A stretch of 64,000 nucleotides of DNA, from the NCBI GenBank assembly GCA_013239625.1, contig MU054187.1, positions 17,476,711-17,540,710 of the forward strand. Reading direction: 5' to 3'. A program made the position numbers and the translations under genes. The stretch comes from Lama guanicoe. Its lineage: Eukaryota. Under the pieces are notes generated by a model, which searched no databases, had not been told where the DNA came from, and worked only from the letters and a program-made list of their open reading frames with translations. How positions within the stretch are numbered: the stretch's first letter is position 1; every line of letters begins with the position of its first letter. This document shows positions 11,214 through 25,165 of the stretch, in pieces.

Positions 11214-13020
11214 AAAAGTGCAGTCTCCTAAACACTGTCTTAGAGGTGGGTTCAGAGTGTCTGGGGAGACAATGCAGTTTTCAGACATTGCACTGTATGG
11301 TCTCTGACTAAAACTGTCTGAGCAGTGCTGAGCAGGAGAATGCTTGCATCCTAACGTAGCTTACCATTGTATCATTTTCAGTTAGTATGCACCTTTGGAG
11401 GATGAATCCTACCTAGAAATTAAGAGAGGTGAGGCGATCTCATCTATAACATTTAGGCTGCTTCATCAAGATATGCATAAAGCACATGAAAGCAGGATCT
11501 TGAAATCTTGCAATCATGATTTTAAAATCTGACTGACTTCATTACTTAGAAGTTCTATATGGAAATACAATAAGTGAATAAGAGTGACTGGATTTTATAA
11601 TTTTATACATTGGCAACTACTTCAATATTGTATAATCTGCCTTAAACAATGTGAAGACCAATGAAAACCTGCTTCTAGGCAAGACTGAGGCCTCCACCTT
11701 TCAACCTCCAAGCTTGTATCTAGAGCATCGGTTTATTCCTTAGGAAGAGAGCCTAATCCATTCGGGGTTGAGACCAATTTTTGCTAAAAACGAAACAACA
11801 AGAAAGCTAATTTAAATATTAAAATCCTCTTTTGACAACTTGTAATTCAACTTGTAATCCTCTTTTGACAGTCTGTAATTCTAGAAAACTGCTTAATTTC
11901 CCTGAAAGTAGGACAGGTGATATTAGGGGAAATGTCCTGCGCAAAACCTGCTGGGGCTTTCTCTTGGAAAAGGAAGACGTGAGGATAAAACCATGATGGA
12001 AACCACATGGGAGGGACTATCCAGTATGGCAGTGGCTCCCTGTGCAGAGTGCAGGGCAGCTACAGGGCCCTTCCTGGTCCCTGCTTTGGCTTCCAGTCTG
12101 TCACCAGGGGTACATTATGCTTTAATGCTAATATTGTTTCTTCTGCTGCAAATAATGGTACACAATAAACTATATTATGTACAAATATCTCTTATTTAGA
12201 CAAGTTTAATTCATCTTTAAAAGATATTTAATTCTTACATCAATTTAGGAAGTTCAATAAGTATAGGAATTTTACTGACTCATCATTTAACAAATATGTC
12301 CAACCTTTTCAAGAAATGTAGAGAAACTCAGTTAAAAATTTGATTGAAAATGTGAAATCGAATTATGTTTTAAATGTCAAAATTACACTAAGTAAAATCA
12401 TGGTATCATCCATATTGCCTATTATCTGGAAGACTGCAGCATTTGAACCTAAAAAGAATTAGTATGATATTTTTAAAATGCTGTTTAACATTTTAGCCCT
12501 GATTTATTCCCCTGCGGTCTTGGTGTATGACCAACACAGCATTTTATACTTAAAAATTCTGTTTCTGTTTTTTTGTTGCCATTACTTGTCTCTTATTGTT
12601 AATATTTATCATTTTTATAGTTGTTATTTCCTTAATAAAAAGGACCATATTTAGTTGATACCACAGCTATTTCCCCCCACAGGAAACACAGAACAGAGAG
12701 CTTAAAATGATTTAATTTTCTCAGAATTGCAAGAAAGGTAACCTTATATGTTTTCGTGTTTATTGCAGAGAGGTGTTCCAGAGAAAGAGATAACTGAAAT
12801 ATTTTGACTAGTAACTTTGTATGCATAATATGCACGAGACTTTATACAAAAACCTTCACCCCTGGAATTCTAATGAGAAACCTTGGTCACGTCCTACAGA
12901 CGTGTCAGAGCAGAAATGGGCCTGAAATAAGCTGGCCTAATGATGAGAAGGTAATAGAGTCACAGGTTAAATTTGTTCTCCAGTCCAACAAAGAAGGCGA
13001 GGGAAGAAGAGTGTGTGTAA

Positions 13021-13039
13021 AGAGAGAGAGAGAGAGAGA
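13021..13039. repeat. (GA)n microsatellite
   Basis: Direct reading. Confidence 0.9.
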
Positions 13040-13397
13040 AAAGGAGGGTTCCCTGAGCTAATTTTCTAGCCATCAGTCAGCCCATTGTTCCTCCTAAAAG
13101 AGACTGAAAGAGAGAGTGAGAGTGAGAGTTATTATAATAAGTATAAAGTAGCTTTAGCCACGGGAAATTACACTTGGAAGGTCAAAGGGGAGAATCAGAG
13201 AAAGGGATGATGAAGAGGGGAGTGTGAGCAGAAAGATGCAGGGTCAGGATTTTGAAGGAAGAAGGAATATCACCATGTCAATATCTGCAATAAATGTGTT
13301 ACATGGTACATTAAAATATACAATTTTCTAAAGGAAAAAATTGATCTATATTTTATTTCTGATTTCACATTCCAAATAGGGTGTGTATTAAAGTTTA

Positions 13398-13426
13398 TGT
13401 GTGTGCTTGTGTGTGTGTGTGTGTGT
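13398..13426. repeat. (TG)n microsatellite
   Basis: Direct reading. Confidence 0.9.
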
Positions 13427-14069
13427 ATTTATATATATCCAGATTTAGTGTCAATAGTGTAACAGTAGCTATGTGCTTTATGGGAAACTTTTCCTTTTTA
13501 AAAAAATATTTTCTTTGGATATGTACTAAATGTATATGGAAGAGCAGAGAGGCACTATTACTAGACTAATTCACTGTGTATCTTTATCTGCCACGATTCC
13601 ATCAGGCAAGCGCATAGAAGTGAATAGACTGATGCAGAATTCACACCCATATGTTCACATGTTGCCCCCTTCTTTTTATGGAAATGCCCAGATGCAATAT
13701 TTCTACCCTCTTTCATACAGCAGGTATTTATATCCACTGCGCATTTAGCAGATGTTTACATTAAATCACTATTTTAGATTCCAGAAAAAATAGCAGTCCA
13801 TCTATTTTAAAAGAAAATAAAATTCACAGATTTGTGCACTCAAGTATCAGTTCTGGATACCGTACAGATATTTCTGCAAATACATATTTTTAATGAAAAT
13901 TTTACACAAGTGACAGATCATGGGTCAAATTAGTAACAAAAAGCAATTAATGCTTGAGATATAGGGGGATAATGTATAATGGTCAGGAAATACTTTCCTG
14001 TTGCTGTATTTGGATGCACTTGACAATTTTAAGGTGTGGATAGGTCTGTGAGAAATCCAAATTAATTTC

Positions 14070-14150
14070 AATCACACAAGTGTTTAGTGGGCATGAATTA
14101 TGTCTCAGGCACTGTGCTAGGTCCTAATGATACAATGGTGATTAATAGCA
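14070..14150 (-). mobile_element. L2 3' fragment
   Basis: tatgtctcaggcactgtgctaggtcctaatgatacaatggtga resembles the reverse L2 tail. Confidence 0.6.
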
Positions 14151-14959
14151 TTCTGTCTTACAAAAATATGACCCTATGTAATCAGATATGGTTCTAAAAT
14201 GTATTAGTAGCAAATAATGAATACCTAGGAAGCATTCTATGTTTTTTAAAAATTATAGAACTAGTTGACGTTACTCCCCACGTCCAACCTCAGGAATCCA
14301 TCCTATAAAGCAGTGAATATTTCTAAAAGCACCTCTTAAATTCCTTCCTAGAAATCTTCCCTATGACAATTACTGATTGGATACATTTCAGCTTTTCATC
14401 CTTGCCTTCCATCAAAAGCCTCAACAGACAAAACTTAACTATATTTTAAACGTCTCAGGTTAGAATCACCACTTCCTTGGGCTCTGAGTCTAATGCTTCC
14501 CTTCTTTATTCTCTTTGGCCCCACTCCAAAATCTTTTATTTCTATCTTCCTTGAATGCTTTGTATCCAAACTTAAAGCTTTTTACTTTAATACCCTACCA
14601 GTAACTTGGCAGATGGAGTCTAGATACTTGCTGAATGAATGGTTTGTATCTTGAAATCATTAATAAATTGTTGTCCAACAATGATTCCTGTTCTGAATGT
14701 CAACAGGATTTGAGCATATACTATATGATATAGTACCTAATTTCCTATTACTTTCAGATACTCTCTGTTTTATCTCTCTCCTCCACTCCGTCAAATATGT
14801 CTCAAGGTTAGCAAATTCGCTTTCCAGTTTTTGTAATCTCATTAGAGCTAGATATAGAGTTAGTGCTCTATAAATACATGTTTATTAATTTATTAAGCTT
14901 GGACTCATAGAAAAGTTAAAATAAAAATATTATTTTGCCAGAATAGCAAAACTAGACAC

Positions 14960-15150
14960 AGTATATTTGAGTTCAAGTCCTAAATCCATTTTTCACTAAC
15001 TTGGAAGAAGTCTTAACCATTGTATGCCTTACTTTTTTACAATTAACACTGGAGATAATACTTCCTTCATTCCACTGATGATATGAGCCATGTGATATAA
15101 TGCACTTACCTGTGACTAACATATAGAAAGGGCTCAATGAATATAGTTAC
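14960..15150 (+). mobile_element. MIR SINE (degenerate)
   Basis: gagttcaagtcct...cttggaagaagtcttaacc...gggctcaatgaata; MIR core and tail order. Confidence 0.6.
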
Positions 15151-18100
15151 TTAGTAAATACAAGTATTTTTCATTACATATTTATGGTACCAACCATATT
15201 TTAGGTACCATGCTGGTATTTTTCAAATGTATTAAGTGTTGAACACCAGCACCTTCGAAGAGAGGCTAAAGAAATTGTCGTATTGAAAAGAAAAAAAATT
15301 GAAAAAGACATATTATACAAATTTTAGGTACACAGAAAATATTAACTCTCATTTCACCAAATCATTGTTGGAAAGGAAGCCGACCAACAAAAGTATGTAG
15401 ACCATTGTTTGGCTATTGAAGGGAAATGCTGACAGTGAAATAAAACTAAAGTTTCATTTCCTGAAAGTTGTTAAATACTGAACAGTGTATGGGACTGCAA
15501 GAGATAAAGGTGAAGCCTTGTTGGAAGGGAGAAGCCTAGGGAAAGTAGCCTTTTGGAGAACATTTCAATCATGCAAGTCCCAAAAGATTTTTATTCCAAC
15601 AAATGATATACATAATTTTTAATAGACTTAAATTCCATTCATGAGTAATGCATTACACATTTGTATAATTCATGGGATTTGTTTTCCCTCCTTTCCTTTG
15701 GATTAAAAGTTTATCACATCTTCATTGTCACGTTCATAATGCAGTAAGAAATTAATTAGGTAGGCAAAAAGTTGTTAGTGAAATATTCAAAACCTTGAAG
15801 CAGGGCTATTACCAAATGTGAGAGTTATATCAACTCAACTGAAATAACCAGTTCCAGACTCATTTCTTTTTGATGACCTATTCCCCTTAAAGGTTTGTGA
15901 TGGTGGTAGCCAATAGCTCTGTTCTTCATTATGACTGTCTCAGCTTACTGCCCTAAAGAGATGAGGGATACAAGAGGTGCTAATCCATGAAGCAAAAATT
16001 CCCAATGATTTACACCAGAACTAAAAGAATAGCTTTCCCCACCCCCAACTAGATTCTCTGTAAGTAATTTCCTTGATAAAGTACAGCCCATATCGAGACA
16101 GAAAAATATGCTAGTAGATATAAGGGCCATCCTACAAATGTTCTCTTAGTATGGTTTGGGTAATACCAACTAAGATAAAGGAACTCTGCCTCCATTTGTT
16201 TGTTTGTTCACTCATATGAGAAATCAATATTTTGGATGATGCTATGGGGAGGAAATGAGTAAGTGATACAGCCACAGTTACTTACTCTAACATCATCATT
16301 AACCATCACACTGTGACACCAACAGGAAAGCCTATAGTTTAGCTTCATGGAATTTTATATTTAAACAATGCCTGGTTGCAGAGAAAAAGTTGTAAGAAAT
16401 AGTTTGCTACTTCCTAGAAGGGTCTACAACTACTGAAATATTCAGTTGGCCTTTATATCCTAATTTGAAAAACGTTAAATAGTATTCTCTCCCAGATGCC
16501 CTAACACCTTTCCTTACTTACACCTTTCCCCCACTCCCAAAATTAAAATGTAGCATCTTTTGTTTACCTTCAAGGAAATTGCACACAAAATGCAGGACAA
16601 TGGCCCTGGTTTGAGGAAAAAGAAAACATGTTCAAATGCCAGTCTTCCTGTCTTGATCATCTCTCTTTCTGTAGTGAATGAAAACAGTGTAACAGCATTT
16701 ATGAGGATCCTCACAACATGCTGCTATTCCTGTGCAGTAGGGCACGCAAACATTTTGTTTTTCTGTGCAACAGTGCAACCTAGTGGATGAAGAAAAGAGC
16801 CTTGTCCCTTCAGGGCCAAGTAAGGCGGGCAATCAGAGAGCTCTTCGACAGATTTTATCTGAAAGTCTCTTCCAGTCTCCCCTGATGTATTTCATTTTTC
16901 ACAGTGGTAAAAAGAGATAAATCCCTGTATTTTTTGTGTATGTTAAAATACAGCTGATTCTATGAATTATTTATAAAAAAAATATCATTTTAAGGCTAAT
17001 AACTGAACACTCAAGTGACTGGAGCTGAGGGGTACTTTTTAAGATCTTAATTTAAAAATACTGAATATGCTAGCCACAATAAAAAGTAAGTACAATTCCT
17101 GTAACATTTACTAAGTGGCTCTTATGTTAACCACTACCTGTTCTAGTCTAGCAGTAATTGTGTGAATGTGTGTGTCTGTGTGCGTACAGTATAATCTATG
17201 TCCCAAAACACAGTGTTACTACAAATACACATATAAAAATATGTATAAATATAAAGAGAGAGAGAGAGAGGGAAATAGACAATAGACATTGCATGTATGT
17301 AAGCATACATATTACACATAACCACAAACATAATGATATAATTTGTCCATTAAGTGGCAATTTAAAAGAGGAAGCTCATTTTAGTGCCTCCATAAATTAA
17401 AATCAATGTCCCTTAATAAAAAGATGAGGTCTTCATGTAGCTTACTTATTTTTTTAAACTACTCAATATTCCATTTCAGGATAATTCCTAAAAGCTAAAT
17501 GCGTAATATTTCTTCTTTCTTGTTGATTTGCTTGCATTTATTGCTTCTGTTAAACCATGAAACAACCTCATTTTATCACTGTTTCTTTTGAATCCACTAA
17601 GTTTTAAGTGGGTTTAAAAACACATATTTAAAATCAAAACATGTAAATATGGAAGACTGAACTATACAGAGAAAGGGAAAATGAGCTTCCGAGAAGCTGT
17701 GCATAAAAATTTACCAATTTCCCTTTGGAAAAAAGAACATGGTGGAGGAAACATCATTCACTCTTCTTGTTTATAGGATGTGCTAGGGTAAGAATTAAAT
17801 GTAATTTAGTGAGACAATAAAATCTTCTCAGCTACTGTGCTGTTGTGTTAGGGATGGATTTGGGGATGATTAAATGAGTAAATCACACAGATCTGAAACA
17901 GTTTTTCTCCTTTCTTTCTTTTCTTTTCTTTTTTTTTTTTTACACCTCCTTAGATGGCATCTTGATCGTGCTTGCACTGTGAACACAGAAGGCCTATAGG
18001 TCAGACCTGAAATTATAGCTAAACCTCAACTCCTGAGGTACACAGGCTGTTTATATCGATGAAAATTTATGATCTCTATACCCTAAATCCCCGGCCTCTC

Positions 18101-20133
18101 TTTTACATTGACTTCTTTACTATTTGCTGCTTTATTTTATGGTGATCCCTTGCCCTCTATAAATATATCACGGTTACTTAACCCCAGATCCCACACCCCC
18201 AGCCTTCAGGACTTCAGAAAGGATCTATTTGTTACTCATTCTGCTACTGGGCGTTTCATAATCCTACACATTAGCAGCTATTATTTTATAGCAGTTAACA
18301 TTTTCCAAATTTTCATCATCTCTTGACTGTTAGCCCTCTAACTGCTTAATAACACCAGACTTAGAACTGCTATTTAGAGATTATGCTGAAGTAGAAATTT
18401 TTTCCTTAAGCTCATACAATGATTGAAGTATTTCCTATTAAATATTTATCTGTAGAAAAATGAATAAATTTAACTGTAAAAATTACATTTAGGCAAGCTT
18501 AATTGCCTTCTGTTACTTTATATAAAATTTATAAAAACCTGCCCTAATCTTAAAAACATGCCACTGAGTAATTAAAGTTTTCTATGGGTTAGATTCTAAT
18601 AATTATCGTGTTTTGTCTGAACTCCTTATTAGAATCCAAAAAATAAAGCTGGAAAATAATAAGGGATTATAGATTTATAAAAGCTATTGTCTGATGTTAA
18701 AATTGTTAAGAAAATATGAGTCAGTATTATGCAAATTCTGACCTAATCCCAGCAGCACTCTGGTAGGTAATTGTATTTTTCCTTTAAGGAGGACAGACCC
18801 TATAATAATTATGCCTTGTTAGTGTCCACATTGCTACATTTTTGATTTATGTATTTTTCTGGGAGTTGACAGATAAGCAAGAAAAATTGACATATTATAA
18901 ACTAATAAAAATAAATAATATCAGAATCTGCCTAGCAGCAGTCTACACCGGAAAGTTAAATCAATGCATTAATCACATACATTTTTTTGAGCAAAACATA
19001 GTTTGTATAAAATTTTTTAATGACATATCAAATATAACTATTTGAATTGCTCTGCGTGTGTGTACATGCATGTATGTGTGTCATTGCTCAGGTAAATCAT
19101 TATATACAGTATGGCAAAGCCATTTTTATTTTATTTCCTTCTCTGATATTCAAAGGAAGTCAAGATATTTGTGATCTCTGCCTACAGACTTCAATATTTA
19201 ATATTCCTATGTGATTTAGTACTTCCAGTTTCTCTCCAAAGAATATTCTTTAACTGCAATTTGATTAGTCTACTCTTTTTAGTGTTTTGTTAAAATTCTT
19301 TTTCCTTAAAATGCTGCTGTTTTGAATATTTTATATCATTTTCTAACAAATGCCAGAAAAAAATACAAAATTTTCAGGCTATGACAACAGCTAGGGCTGA
19401 GTCACACTCTACCACAGGCTGGATGAATTGACAAAGCAAGTATGTCTTCCATGAACCTAAGGTTTGATAGACTCTAGCAATTGGCACCTTATGGCCTGAA
19501 AGGCAAAAACTAATGAATTGTAAACGTCATTCTTTCCTTCAGGTTTATGTTCTTTGCAAACTTATGTTTCATTGGTATAGCCATAGTTTCCTTTAAATAA
19601 AACTGGACTTTGCAAACAAATGCTTCAGGAGCAATCAAATATCATTGATTGATTATTACTATTTCTCTGTTACTCAAACTAAAACTAAGCATTTTTTGTT
19701 TCATATTAGAATTTTAATATTTTTCTACTGCTGGATTCAGCTAGATTGCATAATCAAGTTGGATAATCATTTTTTTTAGAAATTTAATGAAGAACAGGTA
19801 ATTTTTCCCACTATTTATATGAATATGACCAACATAATCCCAGGAAATACCTATTACTGCCTTCAGCAGGCAATGACAATGGTTCATGCGGTACTCCCCA
19901 TTACTGTGATCAATCTAGAAAAGGAATCTCCTCAAATATGTATAAATCTTAAAATTTAACAAGCCCAACCTATGGTTAACAGATTCTCTAAACAGTGAAG
20001 CTTAGTTGTTGATGGTCTACATGTTCCATTATTGCAACAACCAACTCCAGAGAATTCTGAATTTGACAGAGCCATGGAAAATCACAATGCTTGCTATATA
20101 CACACACATTATTAGGTTATATATGCACAAGTA

Positions 20134-20141
<8 letters not shown>

Positions 20142-20164
<23 letters not shown>
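20142..20164. repeat. (TA)n microsatellite within TA/TG-rich stretch
   Basis: Direct reading. Confidence 0.9.
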
Positions 20165-20634
20165 GACATATATGGTAGATGTTTACATATATGTGGTATG
20201 GTAGCATATATGTATGATAGGTCTGAATATAAATATATATTTAAGGCTCTATGGTACCTTTGGATATAGAAAATATACTATAAAGTATATACAGAAAATT
20301 TCTAGTAAGTTTCATTTGTTCATATATATTTTTTTAATCTATCATAGGGCCTTAAACACTGATTTTATTATCAACAACTAGCTCTGGCTGAATGATTTTT
20401 GTTGTTGTTCACGTATACATTTATCACTAGACAATTTCTAAACCCAAGTATATGATTCTAGCATTAATACAAGAGGTAAGTTTTTTCCTAAGCTTGGAAC
20501 ACTCTTACTTCAGCGATGGAGAGAAAGAATGGTATGTGATTACAGGTTTGAGCATATAGGTGTTTGTATATTCATGTATTTAATAATGTACACACAGAAA
20601 CTTAACATTGGGCAATAAATTGTATATATATACT

Positions 20635-20815
20635 TAGCAGCATTTCTGAGCACTTGCTCAGAATCAAACACTTTGTATCATTATTTCATTTGATAGCCCC
20701 AAATAAACATGCAAGGAGATGTTAATATCCCCATTTTACAGAATACAAGACTGATTATCAAGAAATTAAGTAACTTCTCCAGGACTGAAGGTGAGAATTT
20801 CAACCCATTTCTGTT
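20635..20815 (-). mobile_element. MIR SINE
   Basis: tgagcactt...atccccattttacaga...aagtaacttctccagg is the reverse MIR core. Confidence 0.7.
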
Positions 20816-20819
20816 AACT

Positions 20820-21240
20820 TGTATCAATTAGAGTTCTTTGGATTGAAAGCACTAGAAATTATCTCTGCTTAAATTAAGCAAAAGGTGATTTTAAAAGGAA
20901 ATCAAATTCTCCCATAATTGACTCAAACTTGGAGCATAGGGGAAAAAAGACTTAGAAGCAGAAACTGACACAGTGGTCTCATGGATAAAATAATAGAAAT
21001 TCTGTGCCACTGCTTGGAAAGTGTCAAACTCCAAATATTTTCAGCTTCTCATTCCTCTGATCAAGTTTTAAGTTCCAAGAATGGCGCATCCCATTTACCT
21101 GCTTTGTCTTTCACGCCCTCTCCTTGCTGATACCCCTAGTTACAGACTGACTATAAGATACTGAAATGAGAAAAGATATTTCCAGCAATAGGAAACTAGA
21201 TTGACAAAGGAATGAAAACGAAGCATGGGCAGACAAAAAG
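20820..21240 (-). mobile_element. Old MLT1 (ERVL-MaLR) solo LTR
   Basis: Starts tgtatcaattagagttctttggattgaaagcactagaaa...ttaagcaaaa, the MLT1J/K/L-type terminus. Confidence 0.6.
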
Positions 21241-22689
21241 AGAAAAGAAAAATAAAACAGCTAACCAGAGCAACATAAAGACAAAGGAAATAAATGTGTA
21301 TAGTCTATGAGATCAGACATGTTCAGGAAGATGGCTCTACTTTAAGCCATTCAGCTATTCTGAGTGCTGGTTGTAAATGTCTTCCTAACTGCGGAAAGAA
21401 TTTCATTCAAAATAAAATAAATAGAATAGAATCTCCAGCATCCTCTTCTTGTTTCTTTGCTTTAAATATTTGTTGGACGAATAATGGGTAGAAACAACAA
21501 CAATAACTGAAAGGGGTTATGAAAAAGAATGCGCAATAGAGCTGAAACATAGGAAGATGTGCCTCTAGATTATAATCAATAAATAAAATATAGATCTAGG
21601 ATGTCAAAGAGTTTCTCTCCCTTACCTGAGGACAGCTAAATTAAGACTTTTTCATTTAATTATTTGGCAAATATTATATATTTAAATAAAGGTGGCTTCA
21701 CTTGTTACCTGTGCAGGATATTTACTCCTATTTGGTCCTCAAATTCATCCATCGTCTCCAGTGTGCTCCTTGGTTCCCAAATTCATTTCATCAGAATTGC
21801 ATCTTACTTACATTCTTAAGACACTCTACTTAAATTTTATAACTTTAGTCTTCTATCAGGATTTATTTTCCCTAAGGAATCAATTGTATTTGTCGTCCAC
21901 ATTCCGTACTAAGCTCTTAGAAAGCAAAAATTGTATTATTTTCCTCTGAACATAGTCTTGTGTTTGGTATTAGTTTAGTATAGGATAAGCCTTTTAGAAA
22001 AGTTCTAACTTTTTGTTTAACTGGGATTTCATAGGAGAGCCCACAAAGTCACAAAGACTTCCTGGGGTTAGATACTCATTGTTGACAATGAAATCCTCTT
22101 ATACACCTGCCCAAATCACCCATGTTGATTGTTAAGGTCCATTTTCTCTTACTAGATTGTTAATGTGGAATGCAAATAGATTTTCATCATATTTCATAAT
22201 CAGCTTTTGAGTCTTTTCATTTAAAGCTGAGAAGAGCCACGTAAATGAGTAATTCCAAACCACCACCAAAAGACTGGAAACAACCCAATCAGTCAGAGCC
22301 CAAGTGAACAAAGGAGTTTCACATTGTCATTTGAAAAGCCACAGATTTTTGGAAAAAAAGAATACAACAGTAAATAGGCTTGTGTCTAATAGAGTCTGGG
22401 GAAAAGTTACATAGTCAAAGGAGTACTTTCAATCACATGCCATTTATGCCTTGAAATGGAACAAATCAGGTCAATAAAGGCAAAAAAACAGGGAGATGTT
22501 TTCAGCTTTGTCTACCTTTGGAAGGTTATTTTGTGAGTTCAACTTTAAAAACTCCTGTATCTTTTAGAAAAATTCTAGGAAGAACACAGTTTAGCTTAAG
22601 AACTATTTACTGGAAGTCCAAATTCCAAAATTCCTAACTTCATTAAAGAAATCTCAATAATAAATCTATGGAAAAGATTGTAATACTAA

Positions 22690-23190
22690 TAGGATTCAAA
22701 TGTCATCCCCATCATGTATTGGCTGTGTGAAGTCACTTACACTTTCTGAATTACAGTTTGTTCATCTGCAGAAGGGGATTAATGGTAGTGACCTCATAAG
22801 ATAACTGTGAGAGTTAAATAACGTAGAAGGACTGGAAATACTAGACCAGCATCATTCAGTAGGGTAACTGCTAACAACATGAGGCTATTGAGCACTTAAA
22901 ATATAACTAGTCAGGGCTGAGCCGTGCTGTAAGTGTGAAATGTACATCAGGTTTCAAAGACCCAGCATAAAAAAAAAAAGTAACCTATCCCATTAATATA
23001 AGCATGTTGAAATGATAATATATTGAAAATATATTATTAAAATTAATTGTGCCTTTCTGTTTTCACTTTTTTTGATGTGACTATTAGAGAATTTTAAAGT
23101 ATACACATGGATAACATCATCTGGGAGGGACAGTATCCATCTAAGTGAATGCCTGGTACCTATTAAGTGCTTAGAAATAGTTTGGCATCA
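22690..23190 (+). mobile_element. MIR SINE interrupted by MER33
   Basis: MIR core (ctgtgtgaagtcactta...cagtttgttcatctgcagaa...gacctcataag) at 22690-22840; tail gcctggtacctattaagtgct at 23140-23190. Confidence 0.75.
22847..23138 (+). mobile_element. MER33 hAT-Charlie DNA transposon
   Basis: ggctattgagcactt...gtgctgtaagtgtgaaat...catgttgaaatgataatat...aaaatatattattaaaattaat match the MER33 consensus. Confidence 0.85.
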
Positions 23191-24994
23191 ATAATTTTGG
23201 CAGTTGTACTAGAATTTATTTTCTTTAATTTCATGTCCTCATTCTGAGTTCTGGGAATTCCTCTGATGCCAATGAAGATGTACTATGAAGAAAGTTTGTC
23301 TGTTGATTACGTTTCGAAACAGGAGCTTTGATTGGCAGAATCATAAGGATATCTACTAAAAGTTAAAATCAATATGTATCATCTTTATTTTGTAGCTGTA
23401 TTATAATGATCTGAATTAGAAAACCCTGATAATCACTGAAATATTTGAGATATAACAACACTTACGGGTATATCCTTGCATGTTCTGAAAAAATCAAAAA
23501 CCAAAACACCTCCTGAACATTAAAAACACTATAAGAGCGTGAGTGAAAGTGACTCCAAATTCACACCATAATTATTGATGAAATGCAAGTCAAACTCGAA
23601 AGATGTCCATCTGTCTATATTGTATATGCCACATTGTTCTTTTTATTTACTATCTTCTATAAGACTGCTGGAAGGCACCTTATCCATATGCATTTTACAT
23701 CCCTTAATGTTTTTAGCCTGGTGTTTGAGTAAGCTATATCGTGTTATAGCTTCCCTCTTGACTCGAAGCTGTCAAGTAAGGATTGGTATTCATTACACCT
23801 TGTGTCTACTACTGAACTTAATACCAAACCATAGAAATAAGAGATATTCACCAAAAAATGTGCTATAGGAGTGCATGAATTATTTTATTCTAACCTAAAA
23901 CAGTCATTCCCTCAGTAAATCTTCTAATTTATTAATAACCCTGAGTGTGATAACTGGGCCTGAAATTTTACAAATACAGTATAATTCTAAATCATTCATG
24001 ATTTATCAATAACAATCAAATGCAAAATTCCAAAAAAAAAAGGTCTAGTTTACTTGGTATCACAATCAAAAGCTGAAAGAATAATTACCATCCAAAGCTA
24101 TATTTTGTTATATGGTTTCCTTTTCTACTCCCTCACCTCCCAAAGAAGTTGACCTATGCATTATTTAGGTTTGTAAGGTTCTTCCTATTTTACCTCAACT
24201 GGGTTTTTCCATTTCCAGGATATCTTTATGTATTACCTAATCTTCAGAAGAGATTTCATTAGGTTATATTTTTGATGTGCATTGTGCAAGCACAGTATTT
24301 GTGGACTGTAGCATTCATTCTAAAATACATATTCACGTGACAGCCCATAATATCCTTGAAACAGCCATTACAGTCTGTCAAATAAATAATGCGCATTTTA
24401 AAGATGGTCTTTATGTGGGATGACTCTCCTGCATTTTCATGAGGCAGATTTTTCTTTTATTCTTTAAGAAAGAAAAGCACACAAAGGAAATGAACATGCA
24501 GAAAAATATGTTAAGGTAAAAGTGACACAAACCAGAAAATTCAAGCATCCTTTAGTTTCTTGCTCTTTCTACTGCTCCATTTTCCCCATAACATTTTACA
24601 GAAAAAAAAAAAAGGAGACTTAGGGAGCTTAAATCAGTTTCCATAATCTTCTATACGTGGACATTTGGAAATAAAAGTAAGTTGCTTGTGTATTTTTGTA
24701 ATGTTAATCATAGTTTGCATTGAAAAGGTGACTTTTCCTTCAGAATCATAGTTTACTTGGCAAATATGCCGATTAAAAGAACTGGCATTGCAGCAGAGTT
24801 AGTAAGTTGCATTCTTGTTATTATAAAATGACAGGTTCTTCCTCCCCTGGTCTATGTCAAGTTTTTAATCTATGCACACTAATTTTCCAAGAAAGTTACC
24901 TCAATTCACAGGCAAAAAAATGTTTAACCCTCTTTCATGCTTTTATCTCTTATTGGTGGCTATAAAGGCTTCTGGGAAAATAAGAAAAATGGAA

Positions 24995-25165
24995 ACCTAC
25001 ATTTATTGAATGCCCGCTATATGCCCATCACTTCTTGTACATTTTCATATTTAATCCTCAGGACAGCTCTGCAAGGCACTTATAATTGTTATCAACATAT
25101 GGGGAATTAAATATACAACTTGTAAAAAGCACTGATAGGTAGTGTTCAACTCCACAGTCCAAGCT
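24995..25165 (-). mobile_element. MIR SINE
   Basis: acatttattgaatgccc...tttaatcctcaggacagctctgcaagg. Confidence 0.65.

Noticed and set aside
15100..21630. Isolated minus-strand CAG|GTAAG motifs at about 15108 and 21625
   Set aside because: The first lies in a MIR tail; the second lacks a good pyrimidine tract or a defined exon.
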